Made by a program: the position numbers and the translations under genes. Source: Paramecium tetraurelia (lineage: Eukaryota). Taken from it: a stretch of 64,000 bases of DNA. The notes beneath the pieces were generated by a model, which was not told the origin of the DNA, searched no databases, and was given only the letters and a program-made list of their open reading frames with translations. Shown here piece by piece: positions 1-12,404 of this stretch. Every line of letters starts with the position of its first letter. Within the stretch, counting starts at the first letter, position 1. The DNA is taken from NCBI GenBank assembly GCA_000165425.1, contig CT868059.1, forward strand, positions 62,001 through 126,000, written 5' to 3'.

Positions 1-473
1 AATATATAGTACCTTTTGCCTGTTCCAATTAAAAAGTTGTCTGGTTTAATATCTCGATGTAAAAAGTGCCTAGAATGAACATATTCAATCCTTTAAATCA
101 TTTGATCAGCCAACATTAATACTGACTTTAGAGAAAATTTTCTGCCGCATAAATTGAATAGATCCTCTAAAGAAGGGCCTAGGAGATCCATAACCATGAT
201 ATTATATTCACCTTAAGTATACTAAAAATATGTACCCTCTGTTGCACAATAGTAAACATTTGGAATTCCTTTATCAATAACTGAGGGTTCTTGTAACAAG
301 TATTAGTATAATTTTCCTTCGTAAAACAGTTGTGGATGCTTTGTGTTAACAGGCTCAAGTTTAACTGCCACTTCCATGTTTGTTTTGAGATTGATTCCGT
401 GAAAGATTTCTCCAAAAGCACCTGAACCCAATTTCTTTGTTAATTTAAACGATCTCCCTATCTTTACGTCCAT
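1..473 (-). CDS. CK1: Casein kinase I, 5' part (runs off the window start)
   Basis: Code-6 translation [97 protein letters not shown]. 24-nt intron at 212-235. Confidence 0.96.
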
Positions 474-682
474 CTGAATTTTGATAAAGATTTTTAAAAA
501 TTCAAAAAAAATAATATAAAGAGAATGATAATTATAATGTTGTTTAAGTAATAACTAAAAAATAAGTTGATTTAAACATAGCAATATCTTATATTTTTAT
601 TAGACACTTTGTATTAATAAAAAATGACTATTTCCTTCAAATAATTAGATCAATATTATTTTAAAATATTCATATATAGATA

Positions 683-1262
683 TCAGTCCTGACCTATGTC
701 TGCACCAAAGGAATCATTTTCTTCATCTTAATCAAGAATTTTTATAATTTTCTCCTTTTTCGCACTCGATTTATTTGCTTTCGCTTAACCCTTCCCATTC
801 GGTTGTTTCCCTGTTTGTGATTAATACAACTCCTGCTCTTAAGAATATCTGTTTCTATCTTACTCCGCTGAATTATGATATTGCTATTTAGTTTTTGGTT
901 AAGATACCTATTGGATTTCCTTTGGCAAATCTTTCCATTCGCTAGCGATCAATTTTGTGATCTCTTAAAATTGTAAATCTAGTTTTACGTTTAATAAAGA
1001 CCTGGATATTATGATTAGAATTTATCCTTCTTATCCTAAAAGTAGAAAATGAAGGCTGATTTTGGCATTTTTGGAGCAAGTGGATCCTTTTGTTTTTTTT
1101 TTTATTTTTTTGCTTTCGTGACCTATGCTTTTGGTTGTTCCTCTGGTTCTGGGCTGGGAGCCAAAAAAGAATCAATTAAAGCCTTCAATTAAAGTAGAAA
1201 ATTTTAGAACTTGCCTTGGTCTTTTTTCTATTTATGTTAATTTTCATTATTACATCTAACAT
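683..1262 (-). CDS. HMG-box protein
   Basis: KDPLAPKMPKSAFIFYFQDKKDKFQSQYPDLQFQEITKLIASEWKDLPKEIQQQYHNSAEQDRNRY after removing three tiny introns (26, 23, 24 nt). Basic then acidic tail; TGA at 683-685. Confidence 0.9.
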
Positions 1263-1811
1263 CTCTCGATTAAGATTTTATGTAAAATAAATTATATATA
1301 GCTTATTTAGAACAACTTTGATGAAAAATAAAAATCAAAGAATTGGCACTAAATAATTAACAATATTAAAGATTCAATAAATTTTGACAAATAACATTTC
1401 CAAATATATAAATCCCAAGTTACCGTTGAATCTTAAAGGATGAATTCAAAATCAAATTCCAAATCAATCAAAGTACTATTTATGTATTACACTTTTATTG
1501 ATGGAAAGTCTTAGTGAATTATATCTACAAATTTATTCATATTTTCACAATTAATTTTTCGTTCGACCATCTATCCTATCAATTAAATAGATTAGAGAGT
1601 TATTGAATTTTTTCTTTATTTTCAAGAATAATATCATTATGATTAAATTTATTTAAGCGCATTTTGTGGGTTTAGAAAGTATGTGATATAGATATTAAAA
1701 GGAATATAAGAAGGATAAAAGTAAGCTTTAAAGGTTTATAAAAATCTTTTATTAAGTTATAAATATTGTATCTGAAAGTAGTAAAAATATGAATGTTATT
1801 GAATTAATAAA

Positions 1812-2367
1812 TTTATAATATATAAAATTATTGATCATAAATCAGAATAAGAGAGATAGAAATCTCTTATTCCCCAATTAATAGAGATACTATCAATTGA
1901 TAAGATTAAAAATAAGTTATCATTGGTATGTACAATGATATCATCAAATGAATAAGGCTTACTTAATATTGAAGTTTGACAATATTAATCGTTTATCAAT
2001 GTTAAATGTTTAGTTATTTAATTTTCATTTTCATCAATTGAAAAATTAATCTGAACTGTATTTTCAACAATACTAGTATAAGTAAGTATTATTATAAATT
2101 ATATTCTAATTCTTGTAATGTTTAGGTATATTAAATATTAACTTTCTTAATTTTGAGAATTATCCTAAATTACTATTACTTATTATGTAATTTTAATTTT
2201 TACAAGTATCAATCACTTATTCTTTTGGTGTTATTTTCCAAGCAAATGATAACCAATCAATAATCTAAAATTTTAGTTATTTAAATTCCTATATATATAC
2301 ATTTGAATCTTATTTTATAAACAAATCTCTAATTCCCCAATAACCTTAAGATGTCGTTGGTTAATTA
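1812..2367 (+). repeat. Direct repeat copy 1 (~555 bp), near-identical to 7348-7901
   Basis: Base-by-base match from TTTATAATATATAAA(A)TTATTGATCATAAATCAG to GATGTCGTTGGTTAATTA, with two 1-nt indels and about two substitutions. Confidence 0.95.
1835..2367 (-). pseudogene. Truncated, frameshifted duplicate of the 3' end of the 7370-9547 gene
   Basis: Encodes the same C-terminus (..NWGIRDFYLSYSDL*). Has an extra base near 2117 (TTGTAATG vs TTGTATG) that breaks the frame, and no recognisable 5' portion. Confidence 0.75.
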
Positions 2368-4909
2368 ATATAGATTTAGATTATCCTTTAGAATTACATC
2401 CGCTAACAAAGATATAAGTTGTTATGACTTTAAGGATAGTCTAACCATCATTCAGTAGGTTTGAATACACCCAAAAGCTTAAACTTCGACTAGGTTAAAA
2501 TTGAAATTAATTTTTTTTCCTTTACGTTTTTAAGATCGAATATCAGGGATATTTTCAAAATTGCATACTTACATGATTGATACAAATCTACATAATAATG
2601 ACGATGTTATAGATTGAAGAGCAATAACCAAACTTGTAAATGAATTTATTAGGGTACAAATCAGAATCACAATTAACGGTTGCTTACCTATTCCTCTTCA
2701 ATTTTTTTAATTTTACTAATTACTATCACTTTATTTATAATCCTAGGATATGTAGTTTTAGTTAAAATCTTGATATCAAAAATATAAATAAAGTTTATGC
2801 TTTTTTTGTAGATTAAGATTATTTTTTACTAAACTATTCAAGTTTTAAACTTTAATTGAATTTGTAAACAAATAATTCGTCTGCCAAAAACTAGTTTGAA
2901 AACTCTAATCTACTTTATAAATACAGACCATGATTATGTAACTACTAAGTATTTCTATAATAAGTATAAATAACTAAACGAATTGCATAGATTTATCTAT
3001 AAAAAAAATGAGTTTATAATATGATATTAATTAAATATAACATAATCTCGTTTAAATTATAAATTAATGATTTAGCTAATTATTATAAATCATATATCTC
3101 TGTATTAAAATAATATAGACTTTTTCAAATTTTCAGTAAATTAGAATGCTGCGAAAAAGAATGAGATCGAAAATTAATTTAATTTAATATGAACATTATT
3201 ATTCGATCATGTTGAGTGTAGATTGAAAATTAAGTTTTATCAATTTCTTTACTTATAATATTCAAATTTATATAATGGGAATGTAGATAAGATTTAAACA
3301 AAAGAGGTGGTAAAAAACAAATGAGATCATCTATCAATAGTGGCGTCAAAATGAAATAATGGAAATTGACTAGTTTTAGAAAATATAAATGTAATAACGG
3401 ATATTTTATATAATTTTTTCATTAGGATTACTAGAAAAAATCGTTTTTAGAATCAGGATGACATTCTTAAATCATCTAAATATCTTATCAGGATTGGCAG
3501 AAATAAATTATTAAATATAAAAATATTTTTCATCTTTTGTTCTATAACATTATAATTTAATAAAACTGTAAAAATCTATTTTAAAATATTATTTAAAATT
3601 TACCAATATCAAGATATCAGATTGACACAGAATAAGATTCTTACAGAAGTACAACATTCTAAATATTATATATAGTGGGTTAGCAAGCTTAATTTTCTTC
3701 TTAAATGTTAATTTTTTATTTGCATAAAAGTAGTACTCAAAACAATGGCAGGTCTTCAAGAAACTGGAACCTTTCAATCTATAAAAAATTGAGAAGACAG
3801 ATATATCGAATTTCTTATTCATCGAATTTACTTAACTAAATGAATTATATAAAATAGTTAATCTTATAATTTAGGGGTAAACTTATTAAAATCAAATTTG
3901 ATCTTTATTTTTAATGAATTTGCATTTTCTCTTTTTAATATCTCTTCCTTTTCTAGCTTAATCAAACTATCTTAGTTTCTTTATAAGCAATCCTTTGCAA
4001 AATGTAAATGGTGTCCTTTATACAGAAGGTTTAATTTTTCTATAATACGAAGCTTGGAATTATAGATGTACTTTTCGTTTTGCATAATATCCCAGTGATT
4101 ATATGTATTTTGGCCTCGATTGCTTTTATGGAGGCTTGACTGTAGATGGAGCTTATATTATGATATATGATCTTCCTCCTCACCACACTATTAAGATAAA
4201 ATTTAAATATCAATCGTAAATATACACCCAATCATTAATTAGATGATGCTGTAGTGTAGCTCTTATGAATAAGAATCTAATCTTTTTGCTGATGGAAACA
4301 TATTTTTTAGTATAGAATTATCTTATTTAGCGAGACCAACAACACCTAATTAAACATCAGGGAACTGTAAATTTAAGCAGATAGGAAAGTGTGACCAAAT
4401 CATTTGATAAGGACGATAAATCAATTGTTTCTTAGGATGGTTTTACAAATGCCCTATAAATTATGGATTATTAAATTAGAATTAAACTAGTTTGTATCTA
4501 GAAAGATAAAATCCTTCGTAAGCACCCTAATAAATATTCCAAATCATTAGAGGATTTTAGTAAGTTTTTGAAGTTGTTGTGATAAATCAAGTCAAATTTA
4601 ATAATTCTAGATATCTTTAATTAAATATTGATGAATAAAACGTTTGGAAATAAAACTTTTTATTGACTTCAAAGATTAACTATGTGACAGTACTAACAGA
4701 AACTAAAAATTTGTGTTTGAAGCATTGCTAGATCATTCAAGTTCAACATCTATATTAAAATTTAAGGCTGATGGAAGTATAAAAAATAATTTAATACTCA
4801 TAGGTGGTTTATTAGAACCAGCCATTTGTTTTGGTCTCAGATATATTAAAATAAAATACTAGAAGAATTTGGTATCCTGAATATAAATAATATTTATATC
4901 TAATTATAT

Positions 4910-6731
4910 TCAAACTTCAATACAGGCAATCGATAACTTAGTTTATTTTCTTTCAGCCTTTCTATTTTACAATTCGTCCAATTCTGCCAATGTGTTTGGT
5001 CTAAATTCTTTAATGAATTCATTAAAAGGAGTGCCTAATTAATAATTAATTGAATCAGCTTGATTAACGATATCCTACCAATTTTCATATAATTCTTCTC
5101 CCATTTTACCATTACTTTGAATAGTCATCTCAAACAGTTTTTCAATTTTACTCATATAAGTTTCATTTACTCGAATATTTTTACTAAAACTTGAAAGTGC
5201 ATTATATTAATTTTATGGAGGAAGATCTCTGATTAAATGGTGAAATTCAAATTTGTTCTTTTCAAGTTCTTTTTATCGCTTTAAGAAATCTTAACTAAAT
5301 AATGATATATATATTTAATACTAATAATTACAGATTCTTTCATATCTAATCGGACTAAAATATTTCAACCATATTTTTAAATTGGCAACTATTAAAGAAG
5401 AAAGTTCAGTAAATTTGTGCTTTTTTTGCTTTATAAAATGAAGCCAAGGCTCGTCTTTAAGTAGTTTAAAATCTTTGTCTTTAAGATTCTTATTAAGTTC
5501 AGCAGATAATATCCATGCGAGACATTCAAATACGCTTTTTATAGTATTATCCTTCCATTAATTGACTCCAGTGATTTTAAATAACTTTTTTCTGGCTTCT
5601 TCTCCTTGAGAACGACATTCTTCTAATTCGGATAAAGTTAAGGACTAAGCTGAAAAGAAAGTGTCAAAGTACTCATGACCTACCCAATGATAAGTGGTAG
5701 GGAATGTTAAAGCAGCTTGTTCTGTTCTTCTTCTTTCCAATTTGGTTTTTGGTTTTACTTTTCTTCTTTACTCTTTCAATTACATTTCTTATCTTATTTC
5801 AATTACTTCTTTCAGTACATAATTGGGTAGATATTTTTTTATAATACTTTGTATTTTTGTTTTTAAGATTGTTCTCCTATAAAATATTTATTAATGAATA
5901 TTACTCGTCATTTAGAATGTAATTTTGATTTCCTTCTTCTCTTAGAACTTCCTAACTCAAAGGATGCAATTCTTTCATAATTTCTTTATAACCTTTGGTA
6001 AATACTTTGACTTCTTGATGATATTTATCAACCAATAATCCAAAATATTTGAATTACTCACAGATATGAGTTAAGGTTTATTAATTTATATTTTTTGTCA
6101 ACTTCTCTGCTTTATGTACATCTATGTACTTTCTTATCAAATTAATTTAGCTATTGATTTTCTCTTCTAAAAATGGGGCTAGTCTAACGGCAGATCTCAA
6201 ATAACTTAAAAAGGATGAGCAAATGAAAGGCCATAATTGCAGTTTAAAATCTCCACATATTCCTGTTTCACAAATTATCAAATGCTCTTTCTCATCTTGA
6301 ATGAACTTTTCTTCGATTGTAAAAGCCACTACGCTACCCTACTTATAGATGAAGATCAGTACAAAACTCATTAGTTTCTTTAGACTTTCAGGTAAGACTT
6401 CATGATCAAAATTTTCAATTTTGCATTCAAATTATACGTTGTCTCCTTTTGTGTCATTACACACTAAAGTGCACAAGTACCATATTTTAAAGGCATCAAT
6501 TAAAGTGACATCTTTATAAGATTGCAATTTCATTGCTCTCATCAATAGGTCATGATATGATACAATCCTTGATCTAAGTTACTCAGTTACTTTAAGAAGA
6601 TCTTAGGCAACAATTAAAAGCTAAGGAATAAGTTTAGAATTTACTTTATCCAAGTCTGGTAGAGTCGTCAATTTAAGATCAGCCTTTATTTTCTAGAATT
6701 CATTTATTCTAGTTGAGGCACTACTTCCCAT
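4910..6731 (-). CDS. Uncharacterised helical protein with putative N-myristoylation motif
   Basis: MGSSASTRINEFQKIKADL... long frame under code 6 with likely tiny introns near 5310-5332 and 5877-5902. Ends ..KLSIACIEV* (TGA 4910-4912). Confidence 0.75.
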
Positions 6732-7347
6732 TTTTAATTATATTAATAGATCTAAATATTATTTTGTTTGCATTAAATGATATAATTTTTCATAAAACCG
6801 CTATGGATTCAAAGAATCCAGTTTTAGTTTTGAAAATATATTTATATATTATGTTATTTTAATTGTTGAATTTGAAACTGTTTGATTTATTCTCAAGTAT
6901 TCTGATTGAATGTTCTGCTTTTTCTAAGAATATTCAAAGTTTAGATATTTTTTATATTTAAATCATTTCCCTAAATCAGAAGGATAACAACAAATTTTAA
7001 TCAATTTATTGTTTCCTTTTATATATATATATTAAATATTATATTTCTTGCATCTTAACAAGAATTCATAAATGAAATAATTTTTGAATATTCATTCTCT
7101 GTAGAAAATTAGATTGATTTTAATTTATTTTTAAAACATTATCGCATTTTACTTTTAGCGCTGAACTGAATTTTCAAACCCTTTTTATTGTGTTATCTCC
7201 TCTTTATAAAAGTAAGAATTACCATCATTACTTCTCTGCAAAAACTTATATATTTCATGTGCTAACTTTATAGAGAAATATTTTATCTGAAGTTAGTAAA
7301 AATTTGAATGATATTGTATTTGAAGTGTGTGAATATGAATTGATACT

Positions 7348-7901
7348 TTTATAATATATAAATTATTGATCATAAATCAGAATAAGAGAGATAGAAATCT
7401 CTTATTCCCCAATTAATAGAGATACTATCAATTGATAAGATTAAAAATAAGTTATCATTGGTATGTACAATGATATCATCAAATGAATAAGGCTTACTTA
7501 ATATTGAAGTTTGACAATATTAATCGTTTATCAATGTTAAATGTTTAGTTATTTAATTTTCATTTTCATCAATTGAAAAATTAATCTGAACTGTATTTTC
7601 AACAATACTAGTATAAGTAAGTATTATTATAAATTATATTCTAATTCTTGTATGTTTAGGTATATTAAATATTAACTTTCTTAATTTTGAGAATTATCCT
7701 AAATTACTATTACTTATTATGTAATTTTAGTTTTTACAAGTATCAATTACTTATTCTTTTGGTGTTATTTTCCAAGCAAATGATAACCAATCAATAATCT
7801 AAAATTTTAGTTATTTAAATTCCTATATATATACATTTGAATCTTATTTTATAAACAAATCTCTAATTCCCCAATAACCTTAAGATGTCGTTGGTTAATT
7901 A
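7348..7901 (+). repeat. Direct repeat copy 2 (3' end and 3' UTR of the 7370-9547 gene)
   Basis: Near-identical to 1812-2367; the reading frame is intact in this copy. Confidence 0.95.
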
Positions 7902-9547
7902 GTATAAATTTAAATTATACTTTATTTTTAAGTGTGTTAAATGACATCTGTTGAAATCTTTAAAACTAAATCATATTATTCATATTTTCCACATAGAGGA
8001 TTTGCTTTTGTTAAATCTAAAATTGGTTCTAAGACTGTTTCATATACAATTTGATCATCAACTACAACATATAATTTATCATTATCAAAATTATCTATTT
8101 GGTAAAACTTAAATGAAATTTAAATTGTTTTATGTTCTTTCAAAAGTAACCAATTCTTTAAATAAAATAATCACCATTTAATTGAAGATAACCACCAAAG
8201 ATTGATAAACCACTACAATAATTTGGTGATTTTGGTTAAATTGGAGTTATCATTTGCCATTTTTATGTGTCTGTAAATAAGGTATTTGTAAAATAATTTT
8301 TAAAGCTTTTGAATGATGGATATTTATCTCTACTACACTAAGTATTTTTTGGACCAGAACAAGATTCAATACAATCTAAATGGCATTTCTTAATGTAAAT
8401 TTCAAAATTTCTGATAGACCATCTGAAGTTTTCTATAGATGCCTTACCTCCTTAAGTAAAAACTCTAAAATTTACAATTGTATCTTAATGAAAGTTTTCG
8501 TAAGTTGGCTAAAAAATGTAATCACCCTAGCTTGTAGGATTTCTATATTTGCAAATCTTGGATCCTTCTGCATAAGTGGCAATTTTGACATCCGTAACAA
8601 CTACTTCATTTAATTCTAGATTAAAATAAGTGAACATCTAAGAATCAGCTCCTAGTAATAGCAACTTGAACTAAATTAATATTTTATAATGAGGCTTTAA
8701 ATGCACTGTTTTTCCAATAGATTGGGTAGGTAATACCAGTCCAATTAAATTAAGAGCTTTATCATCTAACTTATAAAATAATTTAAAAACCTTAACAATA
8801 CTCCATATTATATAAGTTTTTGCCTTATAAATTGATTAACCAACCTTCATTCAACGCACTTGAACCACCTAATGAGTGATGGTCTAAAGACCACAAATTG
8901 CAATCATTGGACTTAAGATCGTAAGTATAACAAAATAAGCATCCAGTAGGACATTATTTGTAATATAGTTGAAACTCTCGAAATCCAAAAGTCATAGTCT
9001 AATAAATTTTAATAGTTAGTTTACTCTAAAAATATTTTTCACAGCAAAAATAAATTCAACTATTACGGAAGGCGAAGATGATAGATAAGGTAATTAAAAA
9101 CTGGTTTTTTTTGAATTAATAACTTTATCTAATTGCTATTCTTCTTGCATAATTAAAATTCCATTTACTCTAATATTAAGTGCGCCTCTACCTCCTTGGC
9201 CTGTATTAGATCTATATATTTATAAAATTTAGAAACATTAATGTTTTCACATTTATAATTAAATATCGGTGAGGAGGAATGTTTTCATAAATTTTATACA
9301 TTCCACAAGAGTAGGTCTTATCAGGCTCTCCATTTAATGAATACAATCCTGCGTAATCATCGTCACTTTCAGATAACGAGCCAAACCCTGATTTTAATGG
9401 ATTTTCAGGATATATTCTCCAACCTATATAGATTATCATATTACCTTCTAAGTTAACTAGTTTTTTATCTGTGAATGAACTAGAAAATAGTATAGGTTCT
9501 TGACTAACAACATGAGTAAAAACTATTGATGTAACGAAGATTAGCAT
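7370..9547 (-). CDS. Secreted protein with four tandem repeat units (ending FGFREF / WSIRNF / WGIRDL / WGIRDF); apparent frameshift near 8140-8155
   Basis: Signal peptide MLIFVTSIVFTHVVSQ; recurring xPxH..IxIxF and WGIRDF-type motifs; CPTGCLFC and CHLDCIESC linkers; several tiny introns; TGA at 7370-7372. The frame shifts between ..GDYFIQRI and LKEHKTIQISFKF. Confidence 0.7.
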
Positions 9548-10329
9548 TAAAATTTTATAATTATGATTATTCTTGTAAGTTTATTTGGATTTTTATTTAT
9601 TTCAAATTTTTAAGAATTAAGACTTTGAATAATAAAAGCGTAGCCAATATGTAAAATTTGATATTATTTCCCAACACTTTCTATACATCTAAACTTATAT
9701 CGTCCTTATGTGAAAATTATTTGCAAAAATTACATAATGCTATATTTCATGGATGTTAAAGTTGCATTTCAAAATTAAATACGGTTCGGCTTAAAATATA
9801 ATAATTGATTTATTTCATCTTTTAAAGATTCAATAAAATATGTCTTCAGCTAATTTACGTTTTAGAAAGAAACAAACAATCTTTAGAAATCATGGAAATA
9901 AATAAATTATTTATGATATGGAATAATTAAAAAAAATAAGGAAGGGCTCTTCATTCCATTAAGGTTTGAATTTTTGAATTAATTTATATGCTGATGAGAC
10001 TCAAAAAGGTCCTCTTCTAATTCTACCTGTATCCTCATATCCAAACCAAAAATCTTCCAACTTTTTTGTTCCACAATCAATTAAAAAAATTAAATGTTAT
10101 TTATAAATTTAGTGCGCAAATCATCAATTCTAAATTAAATTTACAGACTTGAATTTTCCTCATTATTTCCCATGAACCTAAAATCATATCATATGAAGTT
10201 ATACAAAATAAACTAAAATGTAGTTATTGGTGTATGAATAAATATGTAAAAGAGCATATTCATTCTATTTGTTAGATAAAGGATTAAATTATTAGATAAC
10301 AATAAAATTTTAATAATTGTTTAAATTAT

Positions 10330-10959
10330 ATGAATACAAGGAGTGAGAATTTAGATAATGCAAAGTCCTTGTTTTAGGAGCATTTGCCTCGATTTTTTGC
10401 TGAAAATATTTTATACTTAGAAATGGAAGTAGAATGCAATAATGTCACAATAGAAGTTGTAAATTAATTGTTAGAATTATATCGAGTAATATTATAAGAT
10501 TCAATTAGATTGGAGTAGAATATTTCGAATCCATAAAAAGCAATAAATTTTTGGTTTTCAAAAATAAAACTTAATAATTGTTAATGAGAGGAAATGTCAA
10601 TCAATGCATGAATGTCGCATATGAAGAGTTAAAACATGAAACAGCCTTAAAGAAATCTAGGCTTGTTCAAAGTCATGACATTCTCCCTCCTACATCTCCA
10701 AAAGTCATTATTCCTTAAAAATCTTAAAAACAATAAGAATTAGAAAATCAATTCAAATACATATAAGAATAGGATTAAAAGTTGTAAGTAAATCAGCTTT
10801 TAGAATTTCATGGCTATGAATAATAGAGGGTTACAAGAATGCACAACAAGTTGTAATTTACAATATAATAGAGCTCTATAGGAATAGGAGGATTAAGTGT
10901 AAATGAGATTGCAAAGACAAAGATAACAATCGGTTAGACTCAAAGGATAAAATGAATGA
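10330..10959 (+). CDS. Uncharacterised ciliate protein (~194 aa)
   Basis: MNTRSENLDNAKSLFQEHLPRFFAENILYLEMEVECNNVTIEVVNQLLELYRIGVEYFESIK... 23- and 22-nt introns restore an exact frame to TGA. Confidence 0.8.
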
Positions 10960-11064
10960 CCCATTACTAATTAATAATATCTATTTGTATGTATAAAATT
11001 GGAAATTATCATTTTTACATTACATTCCTTTGATTAATTTATATATAATATTAACGTTAAAACA

Positions 11065-12144
11065 ATGAATCAATTCTCTAATTACTTATTTCAATACTAA
11101 ACAAAAAAAGTGTTTTCAATCTACTAACATTAATGCAACAGTAAATCACCATAGATAAGAAGATAATTAGATTCAAATCCTAATTGCAATCAAAATGACT
11201 AAAAGTACATGAGATAATTCAAATGCCAAGATTAAATAAAACATCAGCCTCAGACACAGACTATCATAAACTCTCCAACAAATAAGTAAACTTATATTGC
11301 AAGTAAAGTGAAAGGAAAGGGAAAAGAAAATAATAATTAATAAAATGCAAACATAATTCATTATCCTTACAAGAATCCTGTAGAAGTTAAAAGCCCTTAA
11401 AGTTACAAACAAAATCCGTATCATGCTAAATAACCTACACCTGAATTTGAAAATAGATATGAAAATGATGAAAGAGCATAAGTATTGCGATTATCAAATT
11501 CTGGATTAAATTTCCGTTTTGTACTTTCACAATAAGAATCAGAATAAAATTCAGAATAACAACCCAATCAGGTCTAAAATGAGTCTTCATAACAATCGCC
11601 AACTAATCTAACAAAATCAGATGAACTCTTAGTTGAATTAGATTCAGTCAGAAAGTCAAAATGTTCCAATTTAACTAAAACAAAAACTATAGCAATCCAG
11701 GCATTTGAGAGTACAGAATTTGACAAGACTGAGGATCAATTAAATAAAATTTTCGGATCTTTGAAGAAAGTTAAGATCATAAAAAAGAAGTTCTCTCAAC
11801 CAACTATCCAAACTTAAGGTACTCAAAGGACAATGGAAGATGATAGTATGATCAAAGCAGAACCAAACAAACAAGTAAAAACTATTGGTGGTTTATCGAA
11901 TATTGACATTTAAAGCATGCAATTAAGAACAGAATTAACAGACTTGGTAATAAAATCTATCATTCTATTTTAGGATTCATAAAGAAGTAAGAGTACCTAT
12001 TAGGATGAAAGTGAAAGAAATTTTAGTAGTTTTAGACATAATGTTGTAACTCCTAGAAAAATGCAATAAAATAAAATAAGTAAATATTTTAATTCTAATT
12101 AAGGTTTCTTAATGTACAAGAAGAAATTGGAAAGAAAATCATGA
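11065..12144 (+). CDS. Low-complexity Q/S/K-rich hypothetical protein
   Basis: ATG after an AT-rich spacer, long code-6 frame, intron-like GTAA..AG segments near 11947 and 12078, TGA at 12142-12144. Confidence 0.65.
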
Positions 12145-12404
12145 AATTCATTTTTTAGTTTTATTCATTTTAATCAATTAAAATCAAATTTATCAATAAT
12201 AAAATCTAGGTTATTTTGGTTATATCATTGTATATAATATAAATATGGTAGGTTAATTTTTGAGATTCTTATTTTTAAGTCATGAAGGAATCATTTATTC
12301 TCGCTAATTAACTTTTATTAATAGTCATCAAATAGATGTCATATTCTCAAACAAAATTAATTTGCAATTACCCAATTTTATTGAAATAAATATAACATAT
12401 ATAA

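Noticed and set aside
1182..1215. Possible non-canonical GC-AG intron (AAG/GCAAGT) in the HMG gene
   Set aside because: A canonical 26-nt GTAATA..AATAG intron just upstream restores the frame (MLD|KKDQGKFQNFLLQLKALID) without it.
1812..7901. Direct repeats flanking the 4910-6731 gene as LTRs or a composite transposon
   Set aside because: The repeat is the coding 3' end of the neighbouring gene. I saw no transposase, reverse transcriptase, terminal signature or target-site duplication.
9560..10320. Coding-like fragment (minus strand, LEDFWFGYEDTGRIRRGPF*) and other longer spacers (16270-17050, 23700-24350, 38770-39380, 49450-50140)
   Set aside because: No intact frame or recognisable domain; possibly decayed genes, but not supportable by eye.
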